Assembly (NCBI GenBank): GCA_965277285.1
Contig: OZ255721.1
Coordinates: 640,001 to 704,000, forward strand
Direction of reading: 5' to 3'
Source of the DNA: Abditibacteriaceae bacterium
GTDB lineage: Bacteria; Armatimonadota; Abditibacteriia; Abditibacteriales; Abditibacteriaceae
Length of the DNA stretch: 64,000 bases
The position numbers and the translations under genes are program-made. This document shows, piece after piece, positions 58,048-64,000 of the stretch (position 1 is the first letter of the stretch; each line of letters starts with the position of its first letter). Under the pieces are notes generated by a model. It ran no database searches. It saw only the letters and a list, made by a program, of their open reading frames with translations, and was not told the DNA's origin.

Positions 58048-58075
58048 GTACGGGCGAGGCATGCCTCGCCCGTAC
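58048..58075. repeat. GTAC-type single REP, perfect 28-bp palindrome; relative at 63741-63768
   Basis: GTACGGGCGAGGCA|TGCCTCGCCCGTAC. Confidence 0.75.
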
Positions 58076-58117
58076 GTTTTATTCGCAATCCAGTACTCGA
58101 TACCTCAATTTTCTTCC

Positions 58118-59368
58118 ATGAACCTGATTTATCCGCGCACTTTCTGGCCGCTTCGCATCCTTTTCGCTGTCCTTGTGCTGGGGCTTTTGTGGGTTTTGCA
58201 AAGTGCGGTGCCGCGAATTTTTGGGCCGTATGCGAACCACATCTTTCTGCTGGCTGGCATCAACATCATTTTAGCCGTCAGCCTGACTTTGATTAACGGC
58301 ATCACGGGACAATTTTCGCTGGGACACGCCGGATTCATGGCGGTTGGCGCGTATGCGTCTGCCGCGTTTACCTTTTACGCGGGGCCGCAAATTTTAGCGC
58401 GTTCGCAAAACGTGACGCTGGCCAATATCGTGATCGTTCTGATCTCGTTGCTGATTGCAGCGATTGCGGCGGGTTTGGCGGGATTGTTGGTCGGCTTGCC
58501 CAGTTTGCGCTTGCGCGGCGATTATCTGGCGATTGTGACGCTGGGTTTCGGGCAGATTTTTATTGCCGTGATTACAACTGTCAAGGAAGTCGGCGGCGCT
58601 CTGGGGTTTTCCAACTTGCCAGGTTTGACCAATTTTGTGTGGGTTTTCGCGGTGGCGATTGCGTGCGTGCTGGCGATTCGCAACCTTGCGAACTCGGCTT
58701 TGGGACGCTCAATGCGCGCGGTACGCGACGATGAAATCGCGGCGCAGGCGGTTGGCATCAACACCACCAAAATCAAAGTGACAGCGTTCGTGGTTTCGGC
58801 GATGTTCGCCGGTCTCGCGGGAATGTTGCAAGTTCATCTCGACCGCTTGGCGCAAACCGAAACGTTTTCCTTCACGCGCAGCGTCGAAGTCGTCGTGATG
58901 GTGGTTTTGGGCGGCCTGGGTTCGATTACGGGCGCCATTATTACGGCGATTTTGCTGACGATTTTAGTCGAAGTTTTGCGCAGCATCACCGGCGCGTTTT
59001 TCGTCGGCATCGGATTGATTGTGCTGGCGGCCATTTTATCGTTTCCGCGTTATACACAAAAGTTGCGCGAAGGTGGAACAGTGCGCGTACTCGCTTTGTT
59101 TCAATGGCTGCGGTTTCCGCTTTTGTTCCTCGCGCTGACGTTTTTCGTTTACTACAATCCTGCCGGACGCGCCTGGATGGAAGCGCGCGTTTCGGCTTTG
59201 CGCTACATCATTTACGCCTTGATTCTCATCGTTTTGATGTTGCTTCGTCCGCAAGGTTTGCTGGGACGCGGCGAGTTTGGCTGGCATTTATTTCGTCGTG
59301 CGCAAGACCAAAGCGGGGAACAATCGGTCGGCGGCGCGCTGGAAGCGGGGACGGGAACTGACGTTTAG
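58118..59368 (+). CDS. livM: Branched-chain amino acid ABC transporter permease
   Basis: G.TGQFSLGHAGF, LRLRGDYLAIVTLGFG, GR..RAVRDDEIAA, MVVLGGLGS, RPQGLLG. Confidence 0.92.
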   Translation: MNLIYPRTFWPLRILFAVLVLGLLWVLQSAVPRIFGPYANHIFLLAGINIILAVSLTLINGITGQFSLGHAGFMAVGAYASAAFTFYAGPQILARSQNVTLANIVIVLISLLIAAIAAGLAGLLVGLPSLRLRGDYLAIVTLGFGQIFIAVITTVKEVGGALGFSNLPGLTNFVWVFAVAIACVLAIRNLANSALGRSMRAVRDDEIAAQAVGINTTKIKVTAFVVSAMFAGLAGMLQVHLDRLAQTETFSFTRSVEVVVMVVLGGLGSITGAIITAILLTILVEVLRSITGAFFVGIGLIVLAAILSFPRYTQKLREGGTVRVLALFQWLRFPLLFLALTFFVYYNPAGRAWMEARVSALRYIIYALILIVLMLLRPQGLLGRGEFGWHLFRRAQDQSGEQSVGGALEAGTGTDV

Positions 59369-59420
59369 CGAAAACTCAGCAGTTGAAGCCAGGCGCGGAA
59401 TCGTTACATTGAAAACTGCT

Positions 59421-59948
59421 TCAGCGCGGAAAGAAGCGCTCTTCGTCCCACGGCAAACGCCATGATGAGGAGCGCAGTTGCAATTCTTCGGCTTTGCGCG
59501 CAGCCGCTTCGAGTACTCGATCTGTCCAATTTTCATCATTCGTTTGAACAATGACGACATCGAAGTTGTTTTCTTTGCCTTCTTGTCGCACGCCTTCGAG
59601 ATCATCGACGTGCAAGTCGATATCGAACGTCGGCGGATGTTTTGAAACGGTGCGTTCACAGCCGTTTTCGCCGACAATTTTGTCGTGCATTTCCTGGTTG
59701 ATGACCGCCGCAATTGGCACTCCGAAGAACCCAAACCAACGTTTGACGCTTTGTGGCGAACGATAGGAAGTCGTGTAAATGAAGATTTCCCAACCGTCTT
59801 GTCGCAGTTGGTTCATCAATTGGACGGTGCCCAAACGCAGCGGCTCGGCAAACCACGAGCGCAACCAAAACGGCACCGGATCCGGCTCGCGCGGCACCGC
59901 GGGATCGGAGCAAATTAGCGTGTCATCCAAATCGAACGAAATGCGCAT
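59421..59948 (-). CDS. HAD-like hypothetical protein
   Basis: MRISFDLDDTL, IYTTS.R, K.P..F.IDLHVDD. Confidence 0.8.
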   Translation of the reverse strand: MRISFDLDDTLICSDPAVPREPDPVPFWLRSWFAEPLRLGTVQLMNQLRQDGWEIFIYTTSYRSPQSVKRWFGFFGVPIAAVINQEMHDKIVGENGCERTVSKHPPTFDIDLHVDDLEGVRQEGKENNFDVVIVQTNDENWTDRVLEAAARKAEELQLRSSSWRLPWDEERFFPR

Positions 59949-60336
59949 CGGCGTTAATTTTCAACTGGCGTCTTCGCCAGCGGCTTCAACAGACCAGTAT
60001 TTCCTGACGATAAGAGTAACACTCAATCGACCACAAAGCAAAAGTCGGCGCATTACAAGTGAACAACGACTTCTCAATATTTAATTGCAGAATCGAGTTC
60101 GGCCCAGTCTATTACGTAATATCGAGTACTCGATGTAACTACTTCTTATAAAAATCGATTTTTAAGTCTTTCGGCTCGTAACGCAATCCATTATCTTCTG
60201 GATGAACCAAGCGATGATCGAAAGAACTATTCTGCACTTCTGTTGGAATGCCCAATGGAAAAGACGTACAACAGCGGCGTCCATGCTTATAAACGCTCAA
60301 GAGATATTTGCAGCAAGCAGTATGCTGCTCCCTGTC

Positions 60337-62409
60337 TTACTCACTCGGCACATTCGCCTTCAACTCATCCAGCCAGACGCGCGATTCGCTGTCGCTGGGT
60401 GCGCGCCAATCGCCGCGCGGACTGAGAGAACCGCCGCTGCCGACTTTGGGGCCATTGGGAACACAACTGCGCTTGAACTGCGAAGTTTGAAAAAAGCGGA
60501 ACAAAAACACTTCGAGCCAGTGTTTGATTTCGCCAATCGAGTACTCATTGCGCTTTGCGGGCGGCAGGCCGTAAGGATAATCGCCGCGCGCTTTGTCGCC
60601 CCACGCATGAAGTGAGAGAAACGCGACTTTGCTCGGGCGCATTCCATAGCGCGTGATGTAATAGGTGTTGAAATCCTGCAACTCATACGGCCCGATTTTC
60701 GCTTCGGTTTTCTGCGCTGGTTCGCCGTTTTCTTCGTTGTCGCTGGACGGCACCAGTTCCGGCGAAATCTCAGTATCGACAATGCCTTGTAAGAAGCCGC
60801 TGGTTTGCTCGTCGAATTGCTTTGAACCAATCACCCAGCGAATCAAGTACTGAATCAAGGTTTTTGGCACGCTCGCGTTCACGTTGTAATGGCTCATGTG
60901 ATCGCCGACGCCGTAAGTGCACCAACCCAAAGCCAGTTCTGAAAGATCGCCCGTTCCCAGTACCAAACCGTTGTGGAAGTTGGCCAATCGGAACAAGTGC
61001 GAAGTGCGTTCTCCGGCTTGCACGTTTTCAAAAGTGATGTCGTAAACCGGCTGGCCATTGACAAACGGATGCCCGATGTCGCGCATCATTTGCAAGCACG
61101 AAGGCTTGATGTCGATCTGGTGCGAGGTAATCCCCAGCGATTTCATCAAGCCCAGCGCGTTCTTCAAAGTCGTGTCGCTGGTCGCAAAACCTGGCATTGT
61201 GAAACCCAAAATGTTCTCGCGTGGCAGACCCAATTTGTCCATCGTTTTGGCCGCGACAATCAAGGCGTGCGTCGAATCCAAACCGCCGGAAACGCCGATC
61301 ACGATTTTCTCGATTTTCGTACTCGACAGCCGCTTCATCAGGCCGTGAACCTGGATGTTGTAAGCCTCGTAGCAACGCTCGTCGCGCACTTGCGGGTCGT
61401 CGGGAACATAGGGAAAACGCTCGACATTGCGCTGCAATTTTACGTCGCCTTGCGGAATCGAGTACTCGAATCGCACTCTGCGAATGCTGCGCACGCGTTC
61501 CAGATGATCGCCGACGGCATCGTTGAAGCTGCCCAAACGCATGCGGTCTTGCGCCAAACGTTCCAAGTCAATATCGGCGAAGATGATTTGTTCTTCTTGC
61601 GGGAAACGTTCGGCTTCGGCCAACTTTTCGTTGTTTTCGTAGATAAGCGCGTGACCGTCCCACGCCAAATCCGTCGTGCTTTCGCCTGGCCCCGCCGCGC
61701 TATAAAGATAAGCCGCGATACATTTTCCGCTTTGAGACGCGCACAAATCGCGGCGATATTCGGCTTTGCCAATCGTGATATTGCTCGCCGACAGGTTGCA
61801 CAAAACCGTGGCGCCCGCCAGAGCCGCATACGTGCTGGGCGGAATCGGCGTCCACACGTCTTCGCAGATTTCCATGTGCAGCGAAAAATCATCGACATTC
61901 GTCGCATCGAAAACCAAATCGCTGCCGAACGGAACGGTTTCGCCCAAAATTTGGACTTCGCGCGACACCGCCAAACGCCCGCTGGTGAACTGCCGCTTTT
62001 CATAAAACTCGCGGTAGTTGGGCAGATAGGTTTTCGGCGTGATTCCTAAAATGCGCCCGCGGTAAATCGCCACACCGCAATTGAACAATTTGCCTTCAAA
62101 ACGCAGCGGCGCGCCAACTAATAAAATCGGCCACAATTCGCGCGAGGCTTCGACAATCGTTTGCAGCGAATCGAGTACTCGATCCAAGAGCGCCTCTTGA
62201 TGAAACAAGTCATCGTTGGAATAAGCCGAAATCCCCAGTTCGGGAAACAGCGCGACCGCCGCGTTGTTATCGGATGCGCGCCGCGCCAGACCAAGAGTTT
62301 GCTCGGCGTTATAAACCGGATCGGCGACGCGCACAAAAGGCACGCAAACGCAAGTGCGAATGAAGCCGTGCGAATAAATGGAATAAAAACCGGCGGATGT
62401 TGCAGTCAT
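60337..62409 (-). CDS. nadE: Glutamine-dependent NAD(+) synthetase
   Basis: [65 protein letters not shown]. Confidence 0.97.
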   Translation of the reverse strand: MTATSAGFYSIYSHGFIRTCVCVPFVRVADPVYNAEQTLGLARRASDNNAAVALFPELGISAYSNDDLFHQEALLDRVLDSLQTIVEASRELWPILLVGAPLRFEGKLFNCGVAIYRGRILGITPKTYLPNYREFYEKRQFTSGRLAVSREVQILGETVPFGSDLVFDATNVDDFSLHMEICEDVWTPIPPSTYAALAGATVLCNLSASNITIGKAEYRRDLCASQSGKCIAAYLYSAAGPGESTTDLAWDGHALIYENNEKLAEAERFPQEEQIIFADIDLERLAQDRMRLGSFNDAVGDHLERVRSIRRVRFEYSIPQGDVKLQRNVERFPYVPDDPQVRDERCYEAYNIQVHGLMKRLSSTKIEKIVIGVSGGLDSTHALIVAAKTMDKLGLPRENILGFTMPGFATSDTTLKNALGLMKSLGITSHQIDIKPSCLQMMRDIGHPFVNGQPVYDITFENVQAGERTSHLFRLANFHNGLVLGTGDLSELALGWCTYGVGDHMSHYNVNASVPKTLIQYLIRWVIGSKQFDEQTSGFLQGIVDTEISPELVPSSDNEENGEPAQKTEAKIGPYELQDFNTYYITRYGMRPSKVAFLSLHAWGDKARGDYPYGLPPAKRNEYSIGEIKHWLEVFLFRFFQTSQFKRSCVPNGPKVGSGGSLSPRGDWRAPSDSESRVWLDELKANVPSE

Positions 62410-62485
62410 GCTTTTATCTTAGCAATCAAAGCTGTTTGTATCGAGTTCGCAATTTTGTGTTAATTTTGACTTAAAGGGGTTTCCC

Positions 62486-62839
62486 ATGATGGAGAACATG
62501 AGAAAAATCGAAGCGCAGAGACGTATCGTTGAACTGGCGCACCAATTTTTGGATGGCGACATTGAATTGGCTCTTGCTGCGCAGGAGCTAAGTCGGATCG
62601 GCCAAGAAATTGGTCATGGGCTATCAGGTTGTTGCTTTGTCGAAACTCCCAAAGCTCTTCGCGTCTTTAGCTCAATTGACAGAGAAATGCAGAGTAACAA
62701 TATCCCGGTTGGTGAATGGCGAAAGCACTGGAACACTGAGGTTTTGGCGAAAAAGACCGAACTGCAAAAGCAGATTGAAGAGAAATACAGAGAGGCCGCT
62801 ATTGCAACGTGCCGCGCTTTGATTGACAAATTGAGCTGA
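62486..62839 (+). CDS. Hypothetical protein (lower GC, helical)
   Basis: 117-aa ORF; IPVG.WR.HW...LA.K. Confidence 0.6.
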   Translation: MMENMRKIEAQRRIVELAHQFLDGDIELALAAQELSRIGQEIGHGLSGCCFVETPKALRVFSSIDREMQSNNIPVGEWRKHWNTEVLAKKTELQKQIEEKYREAAIATCRALIDKLS

Positions 62840-62893
62840 CGCCTGCGCATCGAGTACTCGAACGTATGGACGCTGCGTTAAGAAAAGGTTAAG

Positions 62894-63685
62894 ATGCCTT
62901 TTCTCATGGCGACTGAACTTTCAAAACCGATCTGGGAAACGCTGCCCGAAGAAGCGACACCGGCGACTTCAGACCAGGCGAAGGCACGGCGCGCGTGGAT
63001 TCGCATTTTATCAGCGGAAGTTATCGGCACTTTCATCCTGACGTTTGTGGATGCGGGCGCGGTGATGATCGACAACCTGAGCGGCGGGCAGATTTCTTAC
63101 GGCGCGCGAGCGATAGCGCCCGGACTGGTTGTAATGACGATGATTTACACGCTGGGCCATGTCTCGGGCGCGCACATCAATCCCGTTGCGACATTCGCTT
63201 TCGCTTTGCGCGGCGTGTTTCCCAGAGAGCGTGTTTTGCCATATTGGGCGGCGCAAATCGTCGGCGCCCTGAGTGCAGCGGCTTTACTGAGATTGCTCTT
63301 CGGCACGCGCAAAGATGTCGGCGCGACGCACGTTCACGGCGCTTTGATGATCGGCTTTGCCATGGAAATCGCGCTGACGTTTTTTCTGGTTCTGGTTATT
63401 CTGGGAACTTCGACGCGGCACAAGAATCTTGGCGCGCAAGCTGCGATTGCAGTCGGCGGAACCGTCGCGTTTTGCCAGTTGATGGCCAAACCTTTGACTG
63501 GCCCTTCGATGAATCCGGCGCGTTCGCTGGGAACCGCGCTCGTCAGCGGCGCGATGAACGACATCTGGGTTTATCTGACAGCGCCTTTTCTGGGCGCAGC
63601 TTTGGCGGTTGCCCTGACTTTTCTCGTTCACGGCGCGCCGAAAAAAGAAGAAGATGACGCGGCGTCTGGCGAAGAAGAAAAGTAA
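62894..63685 (+). CDS. MIP/aquaporin family channel
   Basis: AEVIGTF, SGAHINPVAT, SMNPARSLG. Confidence 0.93.
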   Translation: MPFLMATELSKPIWETLPEEATPATSDQAKARRAWIRILSAEVIGTFILTFVDAGAVMIDNLSGGQISYGARAIAPGLVVMTMIYTLGHVSGAHINPVATFAFALRGVFPRERVLPYWAAQIVGALSAAALLRLLFGTRKDVGATHVHGALMIGFAMEIALTFFLVLVILGTSTRHKNLGAQAAIAVGGTVAFCQLMAKPLTGPSMNPARSLGTALVSGAMNDIWVYLTAPFLGAALAVALTFLVHGAPKKEEDDAASGEEEK

Positions 63686-63791
63686 GGCGAGTAACGGCTC
63701 GAAAGTGCAAACCTTCAAAGAGCGAAGAAGGATTTGAGATGTACGGGCGTATTGCAAGGCGCCCGTACTCTGTGCAATCGAGTACTCGAAG

Positions 63792-64000
63792 TTAAACTAT
63801 CGTGCGATAACCCAGTTCATCCAACGCTTTTTGTGTTCCCCAAAGAAGTTGATCGATGTGCGCCGTACTTTCGCAGCCGACGACAAACGCCTCGACAACG
63901 CCAGACGCGATCTGGTGGCGGAAGCATTCTTCCGGCGTTTTTGCGTTTTTGCCTTTGACCAAATCGCCTTCTCCGACGACTTTCATGCCGATCACGCCCT
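63792..64000 (-). CDS. Aldo/keto reductase-like protein, C-terminal part (5' end outside window)
   Basis: GVIGMKV.G.G...VVGCES..HID resembles an AKR C-terminus. Confidence 0.55.
   Translation of the reverse strand, partial: GVIGMKVVGEGDLVKGKNAKTPEECFRHQIASGVVEAFVVGCESTAHIDQLLWGTQKALDELGYRTIV

Larger units (their letters stand above)
1114..63789. repeat. Highly iterated 12-bp palindrome TCGAGTACTCGA, dispersed (61 exact copies counted by hand)
   Basis: Exact copies start at 1114, 2557, 3569, 4355, 6002, 6702, 8082, 8748, 10057, 10576, 11957, 12187, 12759, 13488, 14312, 14727, 16142, 16372, 16444, 17086, 18587, 19463, 20007, 20975, 22015, 22532, 23465, 24503, 26085, 27061, 28347, 30026, 30407, 31342, 33561, 35059, 36481, 38755, 39291, 40967, 41553, 42250, 43263, 43917, 44598, 45570, 47459, 48289, 49621, 50754, 52222, 53735, 54721, 55692, 56983, 59509, 60122, 61458, 62171, 62850, 63778. 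One-mismatch variants seen at 1651, 4553, 5056, 16155, 26673, 31123, 32405, 39893, 53002, 58089. Confidence 0.98.

Noticed and set aside
59950..60335. AT-rich stretch between the HAD-like gene and nadE as an ncRNA or small gene
   Set aside because: Only short interrupted frames and no convincing structure; at most a decayed remnant.
7015..62049. Long antisense ORFs (e.g. 7015-8028, 39799-40905, 55599-56675, 60973-62049)
   Set aside because: They are shadows of well-supported genes on the opposite strand, as expected from codon bias.
1114..63789. The TCGAGTACTCGA copies as a CRISPR array, integron attC sites, or a linker/adapter artefact
   Set aside because: Copies are 12 bp and about 1 kb apart with no spacer periodicity, and no cas or intI gene is present. 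They sit in-frame within intact conserved genes without disrupting them, and degenerate variants exist, which argues against an artefact.
1..64000. tRNA, rRNA, riboswitches, prophage or IS transposases
   Set aside because: None recognisable by eye; a covariance-model search would be needed to exclude small RNAs.

Overview
A gene-dense 64-kb bacterial chromosomal segment with about 65 CDS and, by eye, mid-50s %GC. Gene content (futalosine menaquinone genes mqnC/mqnE, an H-X9-DG/DUF1559 protein, an RseB-like protein) is compatible with Armatimonadota/Abditibacteriota; that assignment is inference only. Housekeeping genes (trxA, holB, tmk, nfo, an A-type Fe-S carrier, pgeF, mscL, iscS, mrp, ppk1, pnuC-nadR, glnA, xylB, an ECF sigma/anti-sigma/RseB trio, livJHM, nadE) are interspersed with orphan lower-GC genes, a TetX-like monooxygenase, a TipA/Mta-like MerR regulator and three disrupted genes. 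I saw no rRNA, tRNA, CRISPR array, integrase or transposase. The outstanding signal is a perfect 12-bp palindrome, TCGAGTACTCGA, usually with A/T flanks. I counted 61 exact copies by hand (about 1 per kb; about 0.004 expected by chance at equal base frequencies). 28 copies are intergenic and 33 lie inside genes, in all three reading frames (RVL[D/E], SSTR, xEYS). The copies are more evenly spaced than random, are built into terminators and the loops of other repeats, and are absent from foreign-looking genes. This resembles cyanobacterial HIP1 but is a different and longer word. At least six unrelated REP/MITE-like inverted-repeat families also occur. All counts and coordinates were read manually and may be off by a few.
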